From positions 1 to 62,196 of the forward strand of contig CAJPKE010000001.1 in NCBI GenBank assembly GCA_905370345.1: 62,196 bases of DNA, in the 5' to 3' direction. The notes below the pieces were generated by a model that had not been told where the DNA came from, searched no databases, and saw only the letters and a program-made list of their open reading frames with translations. This document shows, in pieces, positions 29,803-39,471 of this stretch. Every line of letters begins with the position of its first letter. The stretch's first letter is position 1. This DNA is from Candidatus Saccharibacteria bacterium UBA6209. Lineage in GTDB: Bacteria; Patescibacteriota; Saccharimonadia; Saccharimonadales; Saccharimonadaceae. Made by a program: the position numbers and the translations under genes.

Positions 29803-32800
29803 ACTTTAGAACTACGCACTCTTCACCCAGAGTGTTTTTTAATTGGCTTAGTAGGCTATCATTAGCATCCACCTTAAACGGCAGACGCATGGCTGATTTC
29901 TCTTTCTCACCCAACACCAAAACCACATCAGTCGTGCCAGCATTCTCGCCGCAAACAGACTTCATTTTCACTAACCGCGAATGGTCATTCGGGTCTTTAA
30001 TATACACAAATAACTTTGAAGCGGGAATTTCTGGCGCAACATTAACAGGCGCCGAATGAGTTTTTGGCTGCGGTTTGGCGGCGTCATTTTTTACGGCAGA
30101 CTTCGGAGAAGCTCCATTTTTCTGATTACGATAAGCTTCACGGCGCTCTTTTTTTACGGCAGAGCTAATTTTTGGCGCATCCATTTTACGACCAGTCGAC
30201 TCATAGCCATTGATATCGTTATCCGTAATCACAATAATGTCATCGGCAATTAGTTTACTTTCATTGCCCAAATTTCCGTCACGATCTCGAGCTGAATTTT
30301 TACCAGAAACTCGAATCACTGCGTCCTGAACTAGCTTGGCGCCAACTTTCTCATACAGATTTGGAAAGACAATTATTTCGCCCTCGCCGAATTTATCCTC
30401 AATTCCCACGAACGCCATTTTCGAACCGCTTTTTGTGACAATTGTACGAACGGTGCTAATAATTCCCCCGACCGTCATCATCCGACTGTCGTACTCAGGA
30501 ACTAATTGCGTCAATGGTTGAGTTTGCTCACTCAAATACGTTTCATACCTATCAAGCGGATGCGCCGAAATATACAACCCCAGCAGTTCTCGCTCCCACA
30601 TCAAGCGCTCTTTATCGTCGTGTTTCACAGGAGCCTTCTGGAGATGAAGAGTTGATTGGACGCTCGCCGCATCATCGCCACCCAACATTCCAAACAAATT
30701 GGTCTGCCCGCTGGCGGCTTCTTTTTGGAGCTTGGACGCAAATGATGTAATAGAATCCAGATTGAAAAGCAAATCAGATCGATCGCCCATATCATCAAAC
30801 GCACCAGACTTAATAAGCGACTCCCAGGCTTTTCTATTGAACTTGCTGGTTGAAACACGTCTAGCAAAATCCTCAACCGACGTAAACGGCCCATCTTCGC
30901 GCGCCCGCAGAACTTCCTCGACCGCACCAACGCCAACTCCCTTCACCGCCGACATTCCGAAACGAATTTTATTCTCGTTCGGCACCACAGCAAACTCAAC
31001 GAACGACTCGTTTACATTAGGGCTCAACACGCTAATTCCCATGTGCTTACATTCAGTAATTTCAATTGCCAAACGATCGGTATCATCATGGTCGCTAGTC
31101 ATAAGCGCCGCCATAAACGCGTCAGGATAATGTGCTTTCAAATAAGCCGTCCAATAAGCAATCAAACCATAACAAGCGGCGTGCGACTTATTGAAACAAT
31201 AGTTGGCGAACTCCTCCAACTGAGTCCAGAAAGTTTCCGCAATTTCCTTAGTTGCGCCACCAACTTTAACCGCACCCTCGACAAATTCAGGCTTGACCTT
31301 TTTCATCAAGTCAATTTTCTTCTTACCAACAGCCTTTCGCAACGTGTCAGCCTGACCGCCAGTAAATCCACACCATTCCTTAGAAATCTGCATAAACTGT
31401 TCCTGATAGACCAAAATTCCATAAGTATTTTTCAGCGAGTTTTTCATTCCAGAATGCAAATAAGTTATTTCTTCCTCGCCGTGTTTGCGCCTAATAAAGC
31501 TGTCAATAAACTGCATCGGGCCCGGACGATAAAGAGCCACCATAGCAATAATATCTTCAAACGTAGTCGGCTTCAGTCCGCGCAAATATCGCTTCATTCC
31601 CGCCGATTCCAACTGGAATACGCCAGTCGTGTCGCCGCGCTGGAACAGCTCGTAGGTCTTTTTATCATCAAGAGGCAGCTCTGAAAGATTAATTTCTTTC
31701 TTGTAAGCTTTTCGGATAATCCTCATGGCGTTATTAATAATCGTAAGGTTCGAAAGCCCCAAAAAGTCCATCTTAAGAAGCCCAAGCTCTTCAACTTCGC
31801 CCATCGGGAACTGAGTTGCCACCACGCCCTTTTGCGCCATTTCAAGCGGAATATAATTGACCAACGTATCTGGCGCGATCACCACGCCACAAGCATGAAC
31901 GCCATGGCTACGAATCGTCCCTTCCAGCTGAATTGCATAGTCCAGAACTTCTTTGGCGGTCGGGTTATTTTCATATTCATTCCGAAGGTCCGCGTCTTCT
32001 TTAATACTCACGGACAACGGAATATGCCGCCCCTGGTTTGGTGGCGGAACTAACTTCGCCAAGCGGTCGCTCTCAGCGTACGGAACCTCCAAAACCCTGG
32101 CGACATCACGCACTGCCATACGACCAAACATCTTACCGAACGTTGCGATATTACTGACGTGATCTTCGCCATATTTTTTCGCACAATATTCAATCACTTC
32201 ATCGCGACGCGTATCCTGAATATCAACGTCGATGTCGGGCATAGAAATACGATCAGGATTCAGGAATCGCTCAAACAGTAGTCCATATTTCAGCGGGTCA
32301 AGATCTGTAATGTTCAGCGCATACGCAATAATCGAGCCGGCCGCACTACCACGCCCCGGACCAAAGACAATTCCTTGAGATTTTCCCCAGTTGATAAAAT
32401 CCTGGACGATCAAGAAATAACCCTCATAGCCCATATTTCCCATCACACCAAGCTCCATCTTAGCGCGCTCACGAACTTCGTCAGACAGCTTCGGAATAAT
32501 TTCGTCAGGATCCAACTTTTCAGCCTCCTCCTTCGAAGCTCCATTGTAACGCTGCAATAAACCTTGATATGTCAATCTAAGCAGATATGAATGTTCATTC
32601 TCGCCGTCTGGCAATGGATATTTTGGGATAAGAATTCGCCCAAGCTCAATCTCAACGTCGCAGCGATCAGCTATTTTTTTCGTGTTGCGAATAACTTCAG
32701 GAAATTCCTCTCCCCAGTGGTCAATAATATCGCGCGGATCCGTCAAATGAAGCTCAAAATCCTTCAAGCTCATTCGCTTTTCATCGCTAAGATATGAACC

Positions 32801-33541
32801 AGTTCCGACACAAAGCAAAATTTCATGCGCGTCTTGATATTCGTGCGTCAAATAGTGACCATCACAAGTCACCACCATTTCAATACCAAGCTCCTTCGAA
32901 AGCTTGACTAAGCCTTCATTGATTTTTTCCTGCACATCCCAGTGTGTATTCGACTTCGGATGTCCGTGGTCCTGTAGCTCCAAATAATAACGATCACCAA
33001 AAATTGACTTATACCATTTGGCAATCTCACGAGCGCGATCATAATCATCTTCTTTCAACGCCACGCCAATTTCACCACTTGCGCAACCACTCAGGACAAT
33101 CAATCCCTCATTCAATTCCTCCAAAAGTTCATGGTCAATTCGCGGCTTGTAATACATTCCCTCCAGATTGGCGCGCGTCGACAGCTTCATCAAATTATGG
33201 AATCCTGTATTGTTCATCGCCAGCACAGTCAAGTGAAAACGCTGCTTATCTTTACCTGGATCGCGATCAAATCGAGAACGAGTCGCCACGTAAGTTTCAA
33301 TTCCGATAATCGGCTTAATTCCCGCTTTTTTGGCGGTCTTGTAATAGTCCAAAATACCACTCATCGTGCCGTGATCGGTTACGGCGGCAGCCTCCATTCC
33401 GAGCTCCTTAACCTTATCGACCAAGTCATGAATCTTAGTCAATCCGTCCAGCACCGAATGAAAAGTGTGATTATGAAGATGCACGAAATCTGACGGCTTC
33501 AAAGCCGCCGACGATGATTGTTCGCTTGTCCCCTCAGTCAT
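29801..33541 (-). CDS. dnaE: DNA polymerase III alpha subunit
   Basis: FVHLHNHT PHP domain, GPGRGSAAGS, MPDIDVD, KMDFLGL, FNKSH, OB fold. Confidence 0.97.
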   Translation of the reverse strand: MTEGTSEQSSSAALKPSDFVHLHNHTFHSVLDGLTKIHDLVDKVKELGMEAAAVTDHGTMSGILDYYKTAKKAGIKPIIGIETYVATRSRFDRDPGKDKQRFHLTVLAMNNTGFHNLMKLSTRANLEGMYYKPRIDHELLEELNEGLIVLSGCASGEIGVALKEDDYDRAREIAKWYKSIFGDRYYLELQDHGHPKSNTHWDVQEKINEGLVKLSKELGIEMVVTCDGHYLTHEYQDAHEILLCVGTGSYLSDEKRMSLKDFELHLTDPRDIIDHWGEEFPEVIRNTKKIADRCDVEIELGRILIPKYPLPDGENEHSYLLRLTYQGLLQRYNGASKEEAEKLDPDEIIPKLSDEVRERAKMELGVMGNMGYEGYFLIVQDFINWGKSQGIVFGPGRGSAAGSIIAYALNITDLDPLKYGLLFERFLNPDRISMPDIDVDIQDTRRDEVIEYCAKKYGEDHVSNIATFGKMFGRMAVRDVARVLEVPYAESDRLAKLVPPPNQGRHIPLSVSIKEDADLRNEYENNPTAKEVLDYAIQLEGTIRSHGVHACGVVIAPDTLVNYIPLEMAQKGVVATQFPMGEVEELGLLKMDFLGLSNLTIINNAMRIIRKAYKKEINLSELPLDDKKTYELFQRGDTTGVFQLESAGMKRYLRGLKPTTFEDIIAMVALYRPGPMQFIDSFIRRKHGEEEITYLHSGMKNSLKNTYGILVYQEQFMQISKEWCGFTGGQADTLRKAVGKKKIDLMKKVKPEFVEGAVKVGGATKEIAETFWTQLEEFANYCFNKSHAACYGLIAYWTAYLKAHYPDAFMAALMTSDHDDTDRLAIEITECKHMGISVLSPNVNESFVEFAVVPNENKIRFGMSAVKGVGVGAVEEVLRAREDGPFTSVEDFARRVSTSKFNRKAWESLIKSGAFDDMGDRSDLLFNLDSITSFASKLQKEAASGQTNLFGMLGGDDAASVQSTLHLQKAPVKHDDKERLMWERELLGLYISAHPLDRYETYLSEQTQPLTQLVPEYDSRMMTVGGIISTVRTIVTKSGSKMAFVGIEDKFGEGEIIVFPNLYEKVGAKLVQDAVIRVSGKNSARDRDGNLGNESKLIADDIIVITDNDINGYESTGRKMDAPKISSAVKKERREAYRNQKNGASPKSAVKNDAAKPQPKTHSAPVNVAPEIPASKLFVYIKDPNDHSRLVKMKSVCGENAGTTDVVLVLGEKEKSAMRLPFKVDANDSLLSQLKNTLGEECVVLK

Positions 33542-33560
33542 TAATAACAATTATAGCACG

Positions 33561-33857
33561 CTATTGACGGCGTTGCATCGTCTCAATTAAGCGGTTGATG
33601 AAATCAGCCAACGGCGGGAAAATGTCGGCAAATTGCCCCAAAATCCAAACCAATATCGCGATCAATAACGTCGCACCCAAAGCACTTCCAAGGCCAAAGA
33701 AAATTCCGCGAACAAAATTCACCCAATAAACTTGGTGGCGAGATTTATGAAAATCAAAGAACAAATCCTCCAAAATCGCCCGACGAGCACCATTTTCGTT
33801 ATCGCGAACGACTTTTTTTGTTAGCTTATTTGACTGTTCTTTGGCTGACTTTTTCAC
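33561..33857 (-). CDS. Small membrane protein, DUF5665-like
   Basis: NFVRGIFFGLGSALGAT motif. Confidence 0.7.
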   Translation of the reverse strand: MKKSAKEQSNKLTKKVVRDNENGARRAILEDLFFDFHKSRHQVYWVNFVRGIFFGLGSALGATLLIAILVWILGQFADIFPPLADFINRLIETMQRRQ

Positions 33858-34113
33858 TCTTTCTTACCTTTTTCTTTGAGAAAAATTTCGAGAAAAATCC
33901 GCTCTTTGAAGCGAAGCTTTTGGCTAATTCCACGCCAATTGAAACCGTACTTACAATTCCATTTAAGTTAGCAATTCGCTGACTTATAGCCTCCACGTTT
34001 TGCTGAGTTTGGCGAATTTGACGCGTTAATTTAATGATAGAAATTGTCATAGCAATCATCATGATGATAAAAATCACCATCAAAATCACTAATATAATAA
34101 GCAATCCGTTCAT
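33826..34113 (-). CDS. Small membrane-anchored coiled-coil protein
   Basis: N-terminal TM then coiled coil; leaderless TATAAT-7-ATG. Confidence 0.65.
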   Translation of the reverse strand: MNGLLIILVILMVIFIIMMIAMTISIIKLTRQIRQTQQNVEAISQRIANLNGIVSTVSIGVELAKSFASKSGFFSKFFSKKKVRKSEKVSQRTVK

Positions 34114-34128
34114 GCTATTTATTATACA

Positions 34129-35022
34129 TTATTTTAGACGATCCGTCAGATGAGCACGTAATTTATCACCAAAATTAGGATCACGCAACCCAAAGTCGAT
34201 CACCGTTTTTAGATATTCCAATTTGTCGCCAGTGTCGTAATAAGTGCCATTCGTAATTTCTACGCCATAGAAATCAAATCCATCGTCAATCATTTGTTGC
34301 ATAATTGGCTGAATCGTAAACTCGCCGTTACCGTCAAATTCTTCCTTAGCTTTGTCTAGATAGCCAAAAATCTCGCCCGGAAGTAAATAGCTACTGACGC
34401 TAGCCAAATCAGAAGGCGCGTTCTCCTTGCCCGGCTTTTCAATGATATTCGTCATTTTTATAACGCCGTCTTTCACTCCTTGACCATTGATAACTCCATA
34501 ACGATCAAATTCCGCGTCATCGGTGATTTTCTTACACGATAGAACCGCTCCATCTAAGCTTTCCGACGCTTCAATCATCTGCTTGAAACGACTTGGACTA
34601 GCCGCAATAAAGTCATCTGCAAACGTGTAAATCACAGGCTCGTCATGATGAATCAAATGTGAGGCACAAGCCAAAGGCGTTGCGTTGCCGTACGGACCTT
34701 TCTGGCGAATATAAATAAAGTTCGCCATCTCAGCCAAATTCTGCACCTCGTCAATGAAAGGTTGCTTTTTAGGACCGCCAGCGCGCAAATTAGCCAAAAG
34801 TTCTTCATTCGGCTCATCAAAATGGTCCTCGATTGCTCGCTTATTCGCGCTACCGATAATGATGATATCTTTAATGCCAGCCTCAACTAATTCCTCGACG
34901 ACGTATTGAATAATCGGCTTATCAATCAGCGGCAGCATTTCCTTTGGCATGGCTTTGGTTTGTGGCAAAAATCGCGTACCAAAACCGGCAGCAGCGATGA
35001 TAGCTTTAGTTGGTTTTCTCAT
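34129..35022 (-). CDS. galU: UTP--glucose-1-phosphate uridylyltransferase
   Basis: KAIIAAAGFGTRFLPQTKAMPKEMLP. Confidence 0.9.
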   Translation of the reverse strand: MRKPTKAIIAAAGFGTRFLPQTKAMPKEMLPLIDKPIIQYVVEELVEAGIKDIIIIGSANKRAIEDHFDEPNEELLANLRAGGPKKQPFIDEVQNLAEMANFIYIRQKGPYGNATPLACASHLIHHDEPVIYTFADDFIAASPSRFKQMIEASESLDGAVLSCKKITDDAEFDRYGVINGQGVKDGVIKMTNIIEKPGKENAPSDLASVSSYLLPGEIFGYLDKAKEEFDGNGEFTIQPIMQQMIDDGFDFYGVEITNGTYYDTGDKLEYLKTVIDFGLRDPNFGDKLRAHLTDRLK

Positions 35023-35056
35023 ATTTCAGCTCCTATTCCCTATTATTTCAGCAATT

Positions 35057-36505
35057 CTAAAGTCTTTCGCGAATCAGTTTCTGAGCAAGGCTTGGATTGG
35101 CTTGACCCTTAGACTTCTTCATAACTTGCCCAACCAAATAGCCAATAGCCTTATCTTTTCCAGCCTTAATGTCGGCAATTGATGCCGCCGAAGCTGGATC
35201 ACTCAGAACTTCGTCAACGATTGCAGCAATCGCCGATTCATCAGAAACCTGCAGCAAATTCTTCTCTTCGGCAAGCTTACGCGGATTTTTCGCGCCAGCC
35301 AGAAGCTCATTGAATAACTCCTTCGCATTCGTGCTGGAAACTTCAGACTTCTCTGTCATTTCAGCCAATTCTATCAAATCGTCAACTGCCACACGTGTAG
35401 ATTCATTGTCCGTTTGCGCGTCACTTTCGTCAGAAGCCGTCAATGCGCTCGCAAACCAATGCGCGACTCGCTTAGCGGAAGCCTCGCCCGACTTTTCCTG
35501 AACTTCCAATGTAATCTGGGCGTAATCCTGATTAGACAAAAGCGAATTGATAACAGATTTATCCAAGTTCAGTGCGCTCCATTTTTCCCTATATTCACCA
35601 GGAAGCATCGGCACTTTGGACTGAATTTCGGCAATATCCTCGTCAGTCAACACAACTGGCGGAATATCTGGATCTGGCATATAGCGATAATCCTGAGCGT
35701 CTTCCTTTGACCTCTGAGAAATAGTTATCTGCTTGTCATCATTCCAACCCCTGGTCTCCTGAACAACTTCTTCGCCACGCTCCAAAATATCGACTTGGCG
35801 TTTGAATTCATACTCAGCCGCCCTCTCAACGCTGCGGAAGGAGTTGAGGTTCTTAATTTCTGCGCGCTTTCCAAGCTCCGTCGCGTCCTTTTTTGCTACT
35901 GAAATATTGACGTCAAATCGCATATTTCCGTGATACAAATTACCGTAAGTCACACCTGCGTAAACCATCAATTTATGCAGTTCCGAAACGTAAGCTTTAG
36001 CCTCCTCGGCCGAATGCATATCCGGCTCAGAAACAATCTCAATCAGCGGCGTGCCGGCACGGTTAAGGTCGACCAAAGAATAGCCGTCATGATGCGTCAA
36101 TTTACCAGCATCTTCCTCCATGTGAGCATGATGGATTCGCACGCGTTTCAAAGAACCATCTTCCAGCGGCGCATCGACATATCCAGCCAAAATAATCGGA
36201 TTATACATCTGCGAGGTCTGATAGCCCTTTGGTAAATCTGGATAAAAATAATGCTTTCGATCAAATCGGCTAACGTGTGCAATCGGTGAATTCAAAGCTT
36301 TTCCAGCACGAACTGCCAGCTCAACAGCGTGTTTATTCAAAACCGGTAACATCCCCGGCAAACCAAAGTCAATCTGATGTGTCTTACTATTCGGCTCAGC
36401 ATCACGAGCGTCATTATCGGCCGGACTAAATAGCTTGGTTTTCGTCGCCAGCTGAACGTGACATTCGATACCAATTGTCATTTCATAATCGTCATATACA
36501 CTCAT
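35057..36505 (-). CDS. gatB: Asp/Glu-tRNA amidotransferase subunit B
   Basis: IGIECHVQL, RKHYFYPDLPKGYQ, DLNRAGTPLIEIV, YRYMPDPD. Confidence 0.97.
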   Translation of the reverse strand: MSVYDDYEMTIGIECHVQLATKTKLFSPADNDARDAEPNSKTHQIDFGLPGMLPVLNKHAVELAVRAGKALNSPIAHVSRFDRKHYFYPDLPKGYQTSQMYNPIILAGYVDAPLEDGSLKRVRIHHAHMEEDAGKLTHHDGYSLVDLNRAGTPLIEIVSEPDMHSAEEAKAYVSELHKLMVYAGVTYGNLYHGNMRFDVNISVAKKDATELGKRAEIKNLNSFRSVERAAEYEFKRQVDILERGEEVVQETRGWNDDKQITISQRSKEDAQDYRYMPDPDIPPVVLTDEDIAEIQSKVPMLPGEYREKWSALNLDKSVINSLLSNQDYAQITLEVQEKSGEASAKRVAHWFASALTASDESDAQTDNESTRVAVDDLIELAEMTEKSEVSSTNAKELFNELLAGAKNPRKLAEEKNLLQVSDESAIAAIVDEVLSDPASAASIADIKAGKDKAIGYLVGQVMKKSKGQANPSLAQKLIRERL

Positions 36506-36927
36506 TATAATGCTCCCAAATCTTTTAATGCCTGTTCAAAACTCGCCATAGCTCGACGAAAACTCTGCGCCGTTACCGTTACGTTGGTTTCGTGGGCAAT
36601 TTGATTACGCAATTTATGCGCCGCCCAAAGCCCATTTTCATCGCTCCAATATCCCTTGCGAGATTTCATACGTTCGCCCATTGTTTCGCCAGCCACGCCA
36701 CAGTCGCGCATAGCTTTGTCTAGCAATTTGTCCGCCTTCATTATCGCCATCTGCATACTTTCCGATTTTCTGGTTTCGACATTGCGCAAAATTTGCCGCC
36801 AAACCCTCTGGTACATTTCTTTGTCAATTTGACCGCGACCACGAGAAGTCAATTGAATGAAAATCATCAGCAAGGCGCCGATAGTCAATGCCGCAACAAC
36901 TATCGCAACCATCAATCCATCCATCAA
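36505..36927 (-). CDS. Membrane-anchored hypothetical protein within the gat operon
   Basis: N-terminal TM; ADKLLD...GET.GER...AHKLRNQIAHE (RxxxxH). Confidence 0.75.
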   Translation of the reverse strand: MMDGLMVAIVVAALTIGALLMIFIQLTSRGRGQIDKEMYQRVWRQILRNVETRKSESMQMAIMKADKLLDKAMRDCGVAGETMGERMKSRKGYWSDENGLWAAHKLRNQIAHETNVTVTAQSFRRAMASFEQALKDLGAL

Positions 36928-38294
36928 ATCTTCTCCACTTCCGAAACTAACTTCAGCAAGTTCTTGTCCGACTTGTAATCGCCAATAAGCTGCACGCCAA
37001 TTGGCAATCCTTCGTCACTATTTCCAGCCGGCGCCGAAACTGCAGGAAGTCCAGCCAAACTTGCTGGCACAGTCATAATGTCCGCCAAATACATTTTTAT
37101 CGGATCGCTAGCATTTTCCCCAATCTTAAATGCAGGAGTCGGCGCGACCGGCATCAATAGCGCGTCATATTCGGTAAATAACTTCTTAAATTCGTCAATC
37201 AACAACGTCCTGGCTTTTTGGGCCTGCATATAGTAAGCGTCAAAGAATCCACTTGACAATACAAAACTTCCTATCATAATTCGTCGCTTATTTTCAGTCA
37301 TGAAGCCTTCATTTCGACTACGACCATAAAGCTCCGCCAAAGTTTTCACTTCCGCCGCTCGATGACCATATCGCACGCCGTCATATCGCGCCAAATTCGA
37401 AGACAATTCCGCCGGCACAATTATGTAATACATCGCCAGAGAATGTTGCATCATGCTCAAATCTACTTCCTCGATTTCGTAGCCAAGCTGCTTCAATTTC
37501 TCCGCATAATCAAGCGTTTTCTGGCGAACTTCCGCGTCCACGTCATCGGTCATACACTGTTTAACTAGACCTATCTTTTTCTTTGCAAATTCTGGCTGAT
37601 TATTCCAAAAATCAGGCAAAGTCGTCATATCTTTATTATCACGACCAGCCATAATTTCCATCACCAAATCAGTGTCTTCTGCGTTCGTAGCAAAACAACC
37701 GATCGTGTCCGTACTTGACGCCATAGCAACCACACCATAACGACTAACCGCTCCGTAAGTCGGCTTAATTCCAACCACTCCGTTAAAGCTGGCTGGCTGA
37801 CGAATAGAGCCACCGGTATCTGTACCAAGCGCAAACGGAACCACGTCGAGCGCCGTAACTACCGCCGATCCACCAGATGATCCACCAGCAACTCGCGTTT
37901 TATCAGCAGCATTCTTAGTTGGGCCGAATGCCGAATTTTCCGTCGAACCGCCGTGCGCAAAAGCATCCAAGTTCGCCTTACCGATGCAAATCGCACCTTC
38001 CGCTTCCAATTTTTCAACAGCCGTCGCCTGTAATGGCGCATTAAAGTTTTCTAGCATTTTTGAAGCGGCAGTCGTTGGCGCACCAAACGCCAAAAAATTG
38101 TCCTTCACAACAAATGGCACGCCCGCCAATCGTCCAGAGATCTCGCCAGCATCAACTTTTTCTGCTCGCTCCAGCGCACGCTCTTCCGTCAAGCTAAGCA
38201 GCGCATTATGCTCCTCAATTTCACGCGCTCGTCGCAACGCTTCTTTTACGTTCTCGACCGCGCTCTTGCCGATAAAATCACTAATCTTACTCAT
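36924..38294 (-). CDS. gatA: Asp/Glu-tRNA amidotransferase subunit A
   Basis: Amidase signature GGSSGGSA, GTDTGGSIRQPAS, SSNLARYDG. Confidence 0.96.
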   Translation of the reverse strand: MSKISDFIGKSAVENVKEALRRAREIEEHNALLSLTEERALERAEKVDAGEISGRLAGVPFVVKDNFLAFGAPTTAASKMLENFNAPLQATAVEKLEAEGAICIGKANLDAFAHGGSTENSAFGPTKNAADKTRVAGGSSGGSAVVTALDVVPFALGTDTGGSIRQPASFNGVVGIKPTYGAVSRYGVVAMASSTDTIGCFATNAEDTDLVMEIMAGRDNKDMTTLPDFWNNQPEFAKKKIGLVKQCMTDDVDAEVRQKTLDYAEKLKQLGYEIEEVDLSMMQHSLAMYYIIVPAELSSNLARYDGVRYGHRAAEVKTLAELYGRSRNEGFMTENKRRIMIGSFVLSSGFFDAYYMQAQKARTLLIDEFKKLFTEYDALLMPVAPTPAFKIGENASDPIKMYLADIMTVPASLAGLPAVSAPAGNSDEGLPIGVQLIGDYKSDKNLLKLVSEVEKI

Positions 38295-38581
38295 TACAAT
38301 ACCTGCGGAACTTTCACTTGATTATTCTGTTTTTCTGGCGCCAAATCGAGCAACTCCTCAACAGAAATCCCCGTTTGAACTTCATCTTCGCGCCAGACAT
38401 TGCTCAGTCCCGTAACTTGATAAGTCGGCTCAACACCCGACACGTCAAGCTCGCCCAACTGCTCAATATAGCCAATTATATTTTCCAAATCTTGGCGCAG
38501 TCCGTCGGTTTCGTCATCAGTCAATGCCAGACTACTCAAACTCGCCAAGTGCTGAATATCGCTGGTAGAAATAGTTATCAT
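38294..38581 (-). CDS. gatC: Asp/Glu-tRNA amidotransferase subunit C
   Basis: Size, position, ELDVSGVEPT...WRED...KVPQVL. Confidence 0.92.
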   Translation of the reverse strand: MITISTSDIQHLASLSSLALTDDETDGLRQDLENIIGYIEQLGELDVSGVEPTYQVTGLSNVWREDEVQTGISVEELLDLAPEKQNNQVKVPQVL

Positions 38582-38598
38582 ATCAATATTATACCACT

Positions 38599-38630
38599 AA
38601 AAAAAGCCGCCCATTAAAATGAGCGACTTT
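38599..38630 (-). terminator. Intrinsic terminator
   Basis: Minus strand AAAGTCGCTCAT-TTTA-ATGGGCGGCTTTTTTT. Confidence 0.7.
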
Positions 38631-38646
38631 ATTTTTCCAAGTTTTA

Positions 38647-39441
38647 TTACATTGAGTAATCTTGGTAGTTCTTGTAGCGACTGTAATCTGATGGAATAGT
38701 CTTTACTGAGCTACCCGTGTCGTGTGCTTTAACGGCGATTGTGATAGCGCCAGTCAATAATACGACAGAAGAAGCCACAATCAGCATCAAGGACAAAGCC
38801 TTTGACATGTTGCGTCCTTTGACAATTTGGCAAATGAAGTAGGCGCCAGTAGCAACAATTGCAAGAGCTAATGCGTATGGCAAGAATTCGCCCAAGTACA
38901 AGCTCTTATAGAATTCGCCACCGTCACCAACGCCGATAAACAGCAATGAGTTGATCAAAATGCTTACTAATCGAGCAACCAAGTCAACAGCTGGAATAAT
39001 CAAAACCGCCAAACCGCCGTAAGTTACCAATTTGTAAGCTGTTCGCTTTGTGTAGCCTTCACGCTCTGGAACAGCTTTTGATACGCGAGAGAATAGAACT
39101 AGTGACAATACAGCCAAAAGCACAGCAAACACTGACGCCGCAATAATTCCCGTTCCTTGAGTTACCATCGATGGGGCAAAAAATCCGCCAACACTTCTTA
39201 ATAACATTGATGTTGAATTCGTCCACAAACCAAACACCTTGGTTATGATGTCAATCAGCAACATGATTGAAATAATCGCCGAACCCATTGCCAAAGAGTA
39301 TTCCAAAGTTAGCATCTTTGCCTTGCCCTTATTCGGGTCTTCGTATGCGTATTGTGGTGGATATGCTTGGTAAGCATTTGGTCGCATCGGCATTTCTGGT
39401 TGCGCGACGTTTGTTGGCTGTGGCTGTTCTTTTGCTGCCAT
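38647..39441 (-). CDS. Hypothetical multi-pass membrane protein
   Basis: Pro/Gln/Tyr-rich N-terminus, about five TM segments, AGGAGG SD. Confidence 0.75.
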   Translation of the reverse strand: MAAKEQPQPTNVAQPEMPMRPNAYQAYPPQYAYEDPNKGKAKMLTLEYSLAMGSAIISIMLLIDIITKVFGLWTNSTSMLLRSVGGFFAPSMVTQGTGIIAASVFAVLLAVLSLVLFSRVSKAVPEREGYTKRTAYKLVTYGGLAVLIIPAVDLVARLVSILINSLLFIGVGDGGEFYKSLYLGEFLPYALALAIVATGAYFICQIVKGRNMSKALSLMLIVASSVVLLTGAITIAVKAHDTGSSVKTIPSDYSRYKNYQDYSM

Positions 39442-39471
39442 AATCCCTCCTAATCTAATAATATTTTCATT

